From Okamejei kenojei (lineage: Eukaryota): a stretch of DNA of 64,000 bases. The translations under genes were made by a program, and so were the position numbers. The DNA is taken from the NCBI GenBank assembly GCA_035221665.1, contig CM069156.1:12028001-12092000 (forward strand), written 5' to 3'. Below are positions 39,790 to 51,170 of this stretch, piece by piece; position 1 is the first letter of the stretch, and every line of letters starts with the position of its first letter. The notes beneath the pieces are model-generated. The model was given only the letters and a program-made list of their open reading frames with translations. It had not been told where the DNA came from and made no database searches.

Positions 39790-40925
39790 TTTTCTGAGTT
39801 TCTAGAGGCGGTAACAAAGGAGATTGATGAAGGCAGGGATTTTAAATGTCGTTTAAATTGACTTTTGTAAGGCATTTGTAAGGTCCCATGTGGTAGGCTA
39901 ATCCAGAAGGTTAATGCACATGGGATCCACGGTGAGCTGGCTAATTGGATCCCAAATTGGGAGTGGTGGAAAGATGTTTTTCTGATTGGAACTCAGTGAC
40001 CAGTGGTGTACCGCACGGATCGATGCTGGGACCTTTGCTGTTTGTGATATATATTAATGACTTGTGTGTTTGTGTAGGAGGTATGATCAGTAGGATTGCG
40101 GAGACACAAAAATCGGTGGTGTTACGAATAGCAAGGAAGCTTGTCTAAGACTACAACATAATTTCAATCAGATGAAAAGTTGTGAAGAAGATTAACAGAT
40201 GGAATTTAACCCCAGCAAGTTTGAGGTAATGAATTTTGGGAGGTCAAGCAGGGCAAGGTTAAATGTTTGGAGACTTAAGGAATACTGATGAACAGAGGTC
40301 TATGGGTCCAAGCCCCTAGTTCCCCCAAAATGGCACGCAGATCAGTAGGGCCGTGAATAATGCATAGAACATGAGGCTTCAGTGGCGGGGCATGGAATGT
40401 AAAAGTTTGGATGTTTTGTGGAAATTTTACAAAACGCTGATTAAGCTACGTGAAGGACAGTATTTTTGCACAGTTCCGATTGCCACACGTGAGGAAGCAC
40501 GTGATTGCACTGGACGGTGCGGAGGAGATTCATCAGGATTGGAGGACATTAGTTATGGGGAGAGAGTGAATAGAACAGGCTTATTTTCACTGAGTAAAGG
40601 ATACCAAAGGGTGACCTGATAGAAGTACATAAGATTCTGAGAGATACAGAGGTACAGAGAGAGGATAGATAGTCACAACCTTTTCTCAAAGTAGGGCATG
40701 AATTTTAAGGTGAGAAGATGGAGCTTTGAGATTGATATCTCAAACATGCTGCCATAGTAGGTGGCAGGATCAGATTAAATGACTACATTTAAGAGGCATT
40801 TAGACATAATTTAAATAAGCAAGCATAGAGTGATACAGTCCTAAAGTCAAATTAGTGTAAATCGCAAAAAGGTTGGCATGGATGTTTTGGCAGAAGGGCC
40901 TACTTTTATGCTGTGCAACTCTAAG
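39790..40925 (+). mobile_element. Degenerate CR1-like LINE, reverse transcriptase to 3' end
   Basis: [28 protein letters not shown] motif and downstream decayed ORF2 tail. Confidence 0.85.
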
Positions 40926-43448
40926 AGTCTTTATATTCACACCCTATACCATCAAGGTTGCAATGATGGGAAATAGTAATTTCTCACTGTGTCCTACTAT
41001 ATCATAGAGACTAATTCTGACATAGTTGTAAAAATTAACCAAAAGTTTCTCTGCTTATTTTCATCAGCCCAATTGGGTGAATTTCTCCAAACCAACTTAA
41101 AAATAGTAGATTTAATTTGAGAGAACACCTATCACCAATTTCCACCCACAAAACCACACCTTACCCCTACACACAAACATGCAAGCAGAGCTGATTAGCA
41201 GAAGTGCAGTGATTATGTTAGTTAAGGATGGCACTTCAATTTATGCTCATAGAAACCTAATTTTTTTTCATTTTTAATAGATCAAAATTTTAATTAAACT
41301 ACCTATGAAGCTATCAGCCGCACACTGATGAAATGATTCAGTCAAGGTTATAAAAGATATGTTTATTGACTGTATCAGATTACCAGAGATTGAAGAGTGG
41401 ACTCATATTAAACATCTCTATTCTGATGATAAATCCATTTTAAATTGTATTAATAAAAATGCCCTAAAGTTATTTCTTGGTGTAGGTGATGAAAAAAAGA
41501 TAAAAGTTCTGTTCTACTGCCCAACTGACCTTCATTGAAGATTTTAATTTAAACAGGTTCAGGTTTGCACAATGAACCACCAAAATTAAACTTTGGGCAT
41601 GGTTGCCTGATTGCCCAACCCAAACTGATCAAATTTGGTTTTTAACCTAAAACAGGCTGCAGCTTATGAATTGTATTTGCTTATTTTGAATTGTGAATTA
41701 ACAAGCTTGCATGTTTTTAGTAACAGAAGGCAGAACACTGGAAGAACTCAGTGGGTCAAGCAACGTCTGTAGATGCAAGTGGGTAAGTAAATATCTCGGA
41801 TGGGATTCTACATCAAATCCAGACCTCTTTGTGTTCTGTTTATCGATCCAGATTCCAGCATCTGCCGTCTCCTTTGTCCTCTTCTAACATTTCTTTATGT
41901 TTCAAACCCATTCCCCATATGACAATTAATTAATCAATTAATTAATTAATGATTAGACTCAACAACATTCTTACCATTCAGTGACATTTGGTGCTCACAC
42001 CTATCAATAGAGCTTATTTCGATTTGAAGTACATGTATCCTTGGTTGCTTGCTTTAGAATAAATGGCAATAATGCTACTGTAACAGACGTATGTGAATCA
42101 GAGTGATTAAATTATAATAAATACACACTACGGATTGCGTTGGAATAGATGAAAATATGATAAATTAGTGGCATTAATTGGATTGTATGAAAGCCAATTA
42201 AGTGAGGACAAAACTGAGGTAGATTTCGCAAAGTGTAATCTTTAGCTTGATTGGCTCCAGATAGGTTGGGCTGGAATTAATATCAAGTAGCAGAATAATG
42301 AGTTGAGATTGATTTGAGGTAGATTATAGTGGACGGATTTTAATAGAAATGATTCAATTATACTGACTGCTTCTGCCCACATCTGCAGAATGAATATTTC
42401 TTATCCGTTGACTGTAAAACTTCAAAAATGGCCCAGACTAAGTGACCTAGTCCAAAACCAAACATAATTAAGCAGATTTTAAAATAAACCAGAGCTAATG
42501 CAGGAAGTTAAAAAAATAATAATGCTGGTACTACGAGGAAGCTTTATCGAGGCACAAGTGAGATATGTGGGTTGTTTGTTGTTGGATGGAGACCTTGCCT
42601 TACACGAGGCCTTGACAACTGGTGAAGATGGGTGATACATACAGTGGCCAAGAAAGTGGAAAATAAAATAGAAGTTGACAGCTGTGTTGTGCTGACCTGT
42701 TATATACCGTTGGGCAAATAACATTGGATTGATTTTATTCAAAATGATTAAATTTAGATAGATTATAAGAGAGTGAATTATATCAGGATAGGTTTATTTA
42801 TAAGACACTGCAGTGGTATTGATTTGACAAGGACATATTGAATTCCCCGATGGGAGGGATACAATAAATAAATACTCCTGGACAAATTGCACCATCTGAG
42901 ATTAGATTCTACTCACTGATATATATTGGAGATAGATTTAAACAGGCAATGCATCATTTATGCATGATGGGTGTCAGGGGTTATGGGGAAAAGGCAGGAG
43001 AATGGGGTTAGGAGAGATAGATCAGTCATGATTGAATGGCAGAGTAGACTTGATGGGCCGAATGGCCTAATTCTGCTCCTATCACTAATGACCTTATGAT
43101 TTATTTGAATATTAAATATATTGCAGCAGAATAAGTTGAATTATGGAATTTGTACAGGGAATAAATTGCACTTAATTAGATGCTGTTAGTATTAGCAAAG
43201 TCTCAAGATAGATGACAAGGGGAAAATAATGGTCGATTTGTTTCTCCTCTGTTCTTCACCATGTCATTGAATGATTGTTAACTCACTGTATGTAAGTCCT
43301 GCCTCAAAATTCTTCCAATCCCTCTGTAAATGGAGCTGGCAAAATGTCATATTACATTAGCTTGTGTGTGACAGATGGTGTATTGGCTGCTTTTGTGATC
43401 AGAGGTATGAATGAAAATGGCCTCTCCAGGCAATGGGCATGAAAGACC

Positions 43449-43663
43449 GTGTGGGAAAGAACTGCGGATGTTAGTTTAAATCGAAGGTAGACACAAAATG
43501 CTGGAGTACCTCAGCGGGACAGGCAGCATCTCTGGAGAGAAGGAATGGGTGACGTTTTGGGTCGAGATCAGTCTGAAGAAGGGTCTCGACCCGAAACGTC
43601 ACCCATTCCTTTTCTCCAGAGACGTTCCCTGTCCCGCTGAGCAACTCCAGCATTTTGTGTCTA
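43449..43663. mobile_element. Penelope pLTR-derived fold-back element with intact hammerhead core
   Basis: ~80-bp inverted arms, CTGAAGA-AGGGTCTCGACCC-GAAAC-GTC at 43573-43600, perfect 13-bp TSD GGCATGAAAGACC. Confidence 0.85.
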
Positions 43664-43959
43664 GGCATGAAAGACCTACTGAATGTAGTAAATGTCAATA
43701 CTAAGAGGTGCACGCATCTCTCCCAGGGTCCCACACCAAAAATGTTGCCCAACTTCTCTTTTACATACATCACAGAATTGGCTAAAGCCTGTGTTCTCTG
43801 CATCACACACCACTCATCAAAAACTATGCCTCGGAGTGTGTTACTGTGCAATGTTGTGAATAGATGAACATATTCACAAAGGTAAGTTTACATCATCGCC
43901 CAAATTTCATGTATCTATTTGAGATGTCAGATCACTTTCTTCACTTAGAGGGAGTACAG

Positions 43960-44483
43960 GGAAGGTTCTTGCCATAGAGGGAGTACAGAGAAAGTTCACC
44001 AGACTGATTCCTGGGATGGCAGGACTTCCATATGAAGAAAGACTGGATAGACTCGGCTTGTACTCGCTGGAATTTAGGAGATTGAGGGGGGATCTAATAG
44101 AAACGTACAAAATTCTTAAGGGGTTGGACAGGCTAGATGCAGGAAGATTGTTCCCGATGTTGGGGAACTCCAGAACAAGGGGTCACAGTTTAAGGATAAG
44201 GGGGAAGTCTTTTAGGACCGAGATGAGAAGATCATTTTTCACAAAGAGAGTGGTGAGTCTGTGGAATTCTCTGCCACAGAAGATAGTTGAGGCCAGTTCA
44301 TTGGCTATATTTAAGAGGGAGTTAGATGTGGCCATTGTGGCTAAAGGGATCAGGGGGTATGGAGAGAAGGCAGGTACAGGATACTGAGTTGGATGATCAG
44401 CCATGATCATATTGAATGGCGGCGCAGGCTCGAAGGGCTGAATGGCCTACTCCTGCACCTATTTTCTATGATTCTATGATTCT
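43960..44483 (+). mobile_element. CR1/HER1-like LINE 3' fragment (young; near-identical to 5004-5392)
   Basis: ORF 44016-44387 YEERLDRLGLYSLEFRRLRGDLIETYKIL...; 3' UTR and (CTATGATT)n tail. Confidence 0.93.
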
Positions 44484-45165
44484 TACTTTTTACTTCTACT
44501 TTCATCAAGAAGATGTTCTGCTTTTCAGAATGTGGGGCAAATAATCATTGCTGAACCATAGTTTCACCCAGGCAAACAACAGCAATGAGATGGGGAAAGA
44601 GATTGCAAGATTTATAGTGTACATCATGGTCTAAGTTTAAATCCAGGTTATAGAGAGGTATATGCAGCACGGGATCGCATGCTCCTGGACGTTATTTTTA
44701 ACGTGCCTCTAGAATATCTTGTTTCTGATTTATAAATGTTTGAGTTACACCTTTTAAATACGTGAAAAACTGTGCAGCAACATAATGCAATGTGTGCACT
44801 TCTGAACTGTCGAAATTTCCTGAGGTGAAGATAGCAGTTACATTTCTGTGAAAGACTCACTGTCCCAGAGCCAATTATAATATGTGAAGAGTATGGCCCT
44901 TATAATTGTTATCACTGACAAGTCATAAAGCCAGTTGTGTGTGCAGAATATATAACCCTCACAAATTTTATTACAGCATGGGGCCCCCTCGGTGGGAGGG
45001 AAGTCGACCAACTGATGGAGTGACAATTATAGACACGCACGTGCACAATGAGATGAATTCAGGGTTGCGAAACATTTTTTTTTGTACGATCTCTTGTGAT
45101 GGAATTGGGGACGTATAGTGAGATGATCCACAACGCATGCAGGCTTGTTGACGTGCACTACTCAC

Positions 45166-45276
45166 CCGTCGCGCTTTACTCTGGTACTTAACCGCCTTTT
45201 TTGTGTCAGACACTGCCCTCTCTACGTAGTCAACTGAGTGCTCGACGTTGTATTCGATCCTGTCTATCATCTCCCC
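45166..45276 (-). CDS. STX1A: Canonical syntaxin-1 exon 9b: C-terminal half of SNARE motif and juxtamembrane basic stretch
   Basis: 111 nt, CAG acceptor, GTGAGT donor. Translates [37 protein letters not shown], essentially the vertebrate syntaxin-1 sequence. Confidence 0.97.
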
Positions 45277-45352
45277 CTGGGCATCGAGGAAAGAGCAGAG
45301 ACGCATGAAAGTAACAGAGGTGCTTCAGCAGCCATTCTCCCCAGTCACTTAC

Positions 45353-45463
45353 CCGCCGGCTTGTACTCTTAAAATTAACAGCTTTTTTTGTGTTTTCTTT
45401 TGCGTCACCTATGTAATCCGTTGCATTAACAACGTTCCTCTCAATGCTGTTGACCACATCACC
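45353..45463 (-). CDS. STX1A: Alternative (putatively mutually exclusive) exon 9a: syntaxin-2-like C-terminal half of the SNARE motif
   Basis: 111 nt, phase 0/0, TTCTTCTTCTGTTTCAG acceptor, GTAAGT donor, open frame [37 protein letters not shown]. Same length as and homologous to the adjacent canonical exon. Confidence 0.88.
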
Positions 45464-45997
45464 CTGAAACAGAAGAAGAAAGATTCACTCTTCCCGAAAA
45501 GCCCCTGGTATCCCAAGGAATTATATCACAAGCATTATATCTGGCAGCATTGTCCTTGAAGGGTGGGGGGCAATGTGAAGCCTCAAAGAGTCCCCACACT
45601 GCCACCCTGCACACTTTTCTGTTGCAAAGAGCCATTCCTCTATTCATGTGGGAACCACTAATGGTTTATTTGAATAGCAACACAGCATAAAAGCCTTACC
45701 CCACAATAACATAATGAGGCACTTATTCTCCCAAGGACTTGCTCATCAGAACATCCAATAACTCCCACATAGAAACCTGATGAAATCAACCAAGGTATGG
45801 GTTGGTTTTGAGTCTCTAGATAATCTTTTTGTTTACCAACTGGAGCATTTTCAGATTGTCATCTTTGCTGTTCAGGGAATTTAAACTGGAATGAATTTCC
45901 TTTGGGAATTTCACTGGAGTCAAAGGTGCAGCATATCTTACATTGCTGCACCTTTGACTTTCTTTAGGCACTTTACCACGTTTCAAGAGTCCAATAT

Positions 45998-46053
45998 CAT
46001 GCGTGTGGTTGGAAGTACATGCAATCATGCAAAGCTGCACTGTTACTGCATGC
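45998..46053 (-). promoter_or_regulatory. Cluster of four (T)GCATG Rbfox-type intronic splicing motifs upstream of exon 9a
   Basis: Plus-strand catgc(a) at 45998, 46018, 46026 and 46049, giving two TGCATG and two GCATG on the transcribed strand within 56 nt. Confidence 0.6.
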
Positions 46054-47622
46054 GACAGAATGTGTTACCTGCAGGACTCCACCGTCCAGTCCAGGGTATT
46101 AGCAGCAGGAGAAAACAGAGGCTGTTACCAGCAATAGGAAGAATAGACTCGCAGTCAGAGCCTCAAGGTGAATTGTGAATTAATGGAACAGAGCTCTTTG
46201 CAACTCTTATTAGATCTTTGCTCTTCTTGACTTTGATATCATTTTCCATACATCACAGTCCCTTCGATCCACACAACAGATCCCTTGTTTCTAACCTTTG
46301 GACAGAAGGTTGCAGAGATGGGGGCAGAAAGCGAGGGAAGGGAAGGAAGGGGGAGTGACACTTGGAGTGAGAAGTCTTTGCAAGTGGTTAGATGGTGTGA
46401 TCAACGAAAATAAGTGGGATGGTAGGGTCTGGCAGTGCAATGACAGAGGCAGCTCCAGGAATGTCTTGGGGGCACTTTCAGAAGCAAAGATTCTGCCTGG
46501 GAATCAGCTGACCTGCCCTTGGCTCTGTGGTAGCACGTTTGGTTCTGAGTGAGGCATTATAGAGCTTCACCTATCCTCCGCCAAGGATCCTCTCAAACAA
46601 TAAACAGGAAGTTGATTGGCAACCTTCACAAAGTGGACAGTGCCTCAAATCAGAGACGAGGTGTGTAAAAGAAGAAGAGGGCTGGGAATGGGAAGAAGCA
46701 CAGATACATGGTACTGCTCATTTTAAATAGCAGAATAAGGTGCATCCTTCCATTGTCCTTATTTTAGGAGACGGAGAGATTACTGCACCACTGTATCTCT
46801 TGTTTGCAGGATTGATGGTGAGACCATGATGGAAGGACTAATTCACTTCCCAGTCTAGTGTGGTGGATCAGTGGTTAGCTGGGTTGGATCACTGAAAATC
46901 AAGTGTACAATACCTCACATGACCAACGAGGCAAACTCCCTTTCCAGTGCATATAAAGTTATGCAGTCCAGGTTCCCTCAAGCCTTGTCTTCTTGGGGTA
47001 CTGGTAAAAGGAGACTACTTAGACTTGCCATTGGCAACTTTGGAGGGCATTAGTTGTTATCAGAGAAACCCAGAAGGAAGGTACAGCGTAGTCTAAAATC
47101 TAAACATATGGTCAATGGGTTCCACATCAGTAGATTACATTTAAGGTTGGCTCTCCGTGTATTTTTGAATGTTACGTGCATCAAGGAATATAGGCTTGGA
47201 TAGGAGAGTGAACAGTCTTGGATAGGAGAGTGGACAGTCATATCCTATTGACAATTGGCACAGACTCACAGTACTCTATGGCCTACTCTTGCTTTAAGGT
47301 GTTGCTCTTGGTCTTATGCTCTTGCTTTATAGGTTATGCTCTTAAACTGAGATTATGTTTTTCCCTGCAGCACGCAGAATGCTTGAACACTAGTCACTGA
47401 GCAGAGACTTCAAAAACTGAAGTGATAATTCTTCAACACACAATTCTTGTCAAATCAAAGTTGTTAAGGCAGTTAAAATCAGCAATAACATGGAACCATA
47501 AAGTTTTGTTTTACACTCAATCCACGATGACAGAGTAAGATGGACCTTTTCTGTTTAGTAACTGGTAGTTCCTGTCACACAGATTCAAAATGAGGTCTTT
47601 CTCTGTTTGATCGACATCTTAC

Positions 47623-47760
47623 CTGGCTTTCCACCAGCATTGCCATGTCCATGAACATATCGTGCAGCTCGCGAATACAGTTCTCCAGTTTGATGATCTC
47701 ATGATGTCGCGTTTCAATCTCATTTAGAGCCTGCTTCGTGATGTTAGAATCCATTATGAT
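47623..47760 (-). CDS. STX1A: Syntaxin-1A exon encoding N-terminal half of the SNARE motif up to the zero-layer Gln (human exon 8 equivalent)
   Basis: 138-nt phase-0 exon with pyrimidine tract+TAG and GTAAGA. Translates [46 protein letters not shown]. Confidence 0.96.
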
Positions 47761-48719
47761 CTAAGAGAAGAGAGAACCATGCAGAATCAGCTGACCAGCC
47801 GGGCATCACAGAACATATGTGGGTGTGACCAAATACTACAAATCCTCGAAGTTACTTTCAATTTGTAGTCTGAACAGTTTAGAAGCAGACTGTGACAAAA
47901 TCAGGGCCAAACCCCCCCCCCCCAAAACAGGTTTTTACCATTCCATCAGGACTTCCACATGTGGCATCACCCTGGTACGGCATGGTATTTTTAAATCAAT
48001 TGGCATCGGTTTAATTTTATATCGTCTTAGCTAAGTCTACATTCCAGGGTTAGACACTTTGTATTTTGCTCTGCAGTTCCTTGTATCTTCATCCTAGAGT
48101 TAAAAGACTGGAAATTCTCCATAAACTAGCAGTCCCGATGGGGTTAAAAAAAACCCCAAAGTGCTGGAGGAATGGTCTTGGAGCACCTATGGACGAAATG
48201 GACAGATGACATGTGAGTCCGGGACCCTTCTGATGTGTTTACTCTTAGTTTATCTTCAGGACTATATCTTTTCTCCTTACAAAGACTGCATCTCCATTCA
48301 CATGTTTAAGAACGAACTGCAGATGCTGGAGTAGAAATCGGTAGACAAAAATGCTGGAGAAATCTCCATTTTCTATACTACTAGGTTTTCTGATTCTGCC
48401 AGAAATACCCTACTATGCATTCCATCAAACGACAAAAGGTGAATCCTGTCAAATCCACTCATTACCGACAGTCTGGTTGGCTTAGCAACAATGTGGAAGG
48501 ATAGGCATTAAAATTTCACTGGCCAACCTGTAGCTCCTTGTTCCACAGCCCACCAGACATTTACTCACATCCTTGAGCAGCCAAAACTGTTACTGCAATA
48601 ATTTGTGTCTGGTTCAGATAATTGTGCCCCCAAGGATGTTGAAGCTGAGAGATTCGGTAATAATCAAGCACTTGAATATCAAGGAGTGGTGGCTTTATTG
48701 GAAACGACAACTGCAAGGC

Positions 48720-49680
48720 TGCATACTCTCTCCTCTCCGCTACTCTCTCTAGACCAACGACTGCACCTCCACAGACACCTCTGTCAAGCTTCTCAAGTTT
48801 GCGGACGACACAACCCTGACTGGACCGATCCAGGATGGGGAGGAATCTGCCTACAGACAGGAAGTGTCACAGCTGGCGTCCTGGTGCCGTAGCAACAACC
48901 TAGAGCTCAATGCTCTTAAGACAGTGGAATTGATTGTAGACTTTAGGAGAGCTCCCCCTCCCCTCACCCAACTCACCATCAACAACACCACAGTCATATC
49001 TGTGGAGTCTTTTAAGTTCCTGGGAACCATCATCTCCAAGGACCTTAAGTGGGGGCAACCATCGACTCCACAGTCAAAAAGGCACAACAGAGGATGTACT
49101 TCCTGTGGCAGCTGAGGAAGCACAATCTACCACAGGCAATGATGGTCCAATTCTACACGGCCATCGTAGTGTCTGTTCTCACCTTCTCCATCATGGTCTG
49201 GTTTGGCTCAGCCACCAAACACGACACCTGGAGGCTGCAGCGAATCGTCCGATCAGCAGAGAAGGTTATTGGCTGCAACCTTCCCTCCATTGATGAACTG
49301 TACACTGCAAGGGCCAGTAAGCGAGCGGGCAAGATCATCTCTGACCCCTCTCACCCCGGCCACAAACCCTTTGAATCACTTCCCTCTGGACGGCGACTCC
49401 GGACTGTCAAAGCTGCCACAGCCAGACATAAAAACTGTTTTTATCCATGAGTAGTTGCTCTACTCAACAGCCAAAAATCGGTAGCCTCACTTTGATCTGG
49501 TATTTTGTTGGTTCACATGCTTGATCAATGGTGTTTTATCATTAATGTTTTATTATTATTAATGTTTAGTGTTTTCTGAGTCATTCGTAACTGTCACTGT
49601 ATGTCATGTTGTTACTTGTGGGCGGAGCACCAAGGCAAATTCCTTGTATGTGAATACTTGGCCAATAAACTTACTTACTC
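48720..49680 (+). mobile_element. Rex1/Babar-type LINE 3' fragment
   Basis: KFADDTTL RT motif, LELNALKTVELIVDFRR, FKFLGTIISKDLKW, KKAQQRMYFLWQLRK; AATAAA plus (CTTA)n tail. Confidence 0.9.
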
Positions 49681-49755
49681 AACACCTGTGTGATATGAAT
49701 ATTATTTGCCACCGAACAGCACAAGTCTGAATATTGTTACACTCTAGTTGCAAGT

Positions 49756-50625
49756 AGGGCCTGTCCCACTTAGGCGACTTTTTAGGCGAGTGCAGGAGAC
49801 TCTGCGCTCGCCTCATGATTGCCACATGTTCGCTGGTGGTCTCTCCTTCATGGTCGCGAGGAGTTCCTGCATTCTGGCAACTAGGAGCAGCCTCAGTATG
49901 GTCGGCGCAAATTTTTCAACGTTGAAAATTTTTCAGCTACCAAAAATTGGTCGCTGTGGAGAAAATTGATAATCCTGTAGTCGTAGGTGCAGTTGTAGTG
50001 GGGTCGCCATGTAGTTATACATAGTCGAGGAAGTCGTAGGTAGTTTTAGTTAATCGCCTTTGCTGACCGGACATTTTCATTGGCTCATTGGGGAAAAATA
50101 ACGTAAGCACGAGTTTTCAGAACCAAGGATAACCGACCGGTAATGTTAAATGCCTGCCGAACTTCACAGCTGTGTATCTCTGGCTTATTAAAAGTTGTCT
50201 GGCTTCTTAAAAGTGTCTCCAATCCTTCTCCCCTGCCCCCTCTTTTACCCCCTCCCCTGCCCTCTCTTACCTAGAAATAGAAACATAGAAATTAGGTGCA
50301 GGAGTAGGCCATTCAGCCCTTCGAGCCTGCACCGCCATTCAATATGATCATGGCTGATCATCCAACTCAGTATCCCATACACTGTGCTAACCGTCTTAAC
50401 CTTCCTGTTCATCGCGGTGTATGTCTGTATCACCTTGGCTTTGCACCGTGTGAATTTCAGACAGCGCTCCCCCGCTTTCCCTGGCCCCCGCCTTTGCGAT
50501 GTGTTTTGTGTGTGTGTGCTCCACTCTGATAGTAGCCTTTCCAGTTCCCGGCTTTTCAGGCAAGTGCTGCGAACTTGACAGTCGCTGGCAGTCCGCTGAA
50601 AAATCGCCTAAGTGGGACAGGCCCT
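49756..50625. mobile_element. Non-autonomous DNA transposon (PIF/Harbinger-like TIRs) with a nested CR1 tail at ~50272-50376
   Basis: Perfect 22-bp TIR AGGGCCTGTCCCACTTAGGCGA / TCGCCTAAGTGGGACAGGCCCT. TSD is not clean, so the superfamily is tentative. Confidence 0.8.
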
Positions 50626-50696
50626 TGTGGCTATTGAGTGATCCATTATTTATGAAACTGAGAAATCAACAGTAAACATGTCCATTTCTGATGAAG

Positions 50697-51170
50697 CACC
50701 GGTACAGTGGCGCAGCAGACGAGTTGTTGCCTTTCAGCTCCAGAGGCCTGGGTTTAAATCTGACTACGGGTGCTGTCTGTGTGGAGTTTGGCCTGTGACC
50801 GTGTGTGCTTTTTCCAGGTGCTCCGGTTTCCTCCCACATTTCAAAGACATGCAAGTTGGCAGGTTAGACAAAAGGCTGGAGAAACTCAGCGGATGCAGCA
50901 GCATCTAAGGAGCGAAGGAGATAGGCGACGTTTCGGGTCGTGCCGAAACGTCGCCTATCTCCTTCGCTCCTTAGATGCTGCTGCACCTGCTGAGTTTCTC
51001 CAGCCTTTTGTGTACCCTCGATTCTTCAGCATCTGCAGTTCCTTCTTTAACGAGTTGGCAGGTTAATTGGCTTCTGTAAATTGTCCCCAGTGCGCAGGAT
51101 AGAGCTGGTGTACAGGTGACCGTCGGTTGCCGTGGGCTGAAGGGCCTGTTGCCAAGCTATATCTCTAAAC
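50697..51170 (+). mobile_element. tRNA-derived SINE split by a fold-back element (50867-51052)
   Basis: Same head, core and tail as 62169-62465; duplicated AGTTGGCAGGTTA at the interruption. Confidence 0.85.
50867..51052. mobile_element. Penelope pLTR-derived fold-back element inserted in a SINE
   Basis: Near-perfect ~70-bp inverted arms; perfect 13-bp TSD AGTTGGCAGGTTA. Confidence 0.85.

Noticed and set aside
44971-45457. ORF-track proteins 44971-45306 and 45230-45457 as standalone genes
   Set aside because: They are exons 9b and 9a read through into intron; the splice sites define the true limits.
45353-45463. Calling the locus STX2 or STX1B
   Set aside because: The constitutive exons ([28 protein letters not shown]) and the tail IASTVGGVFG fit STX1A best; only the alternative exons are STX2-like.
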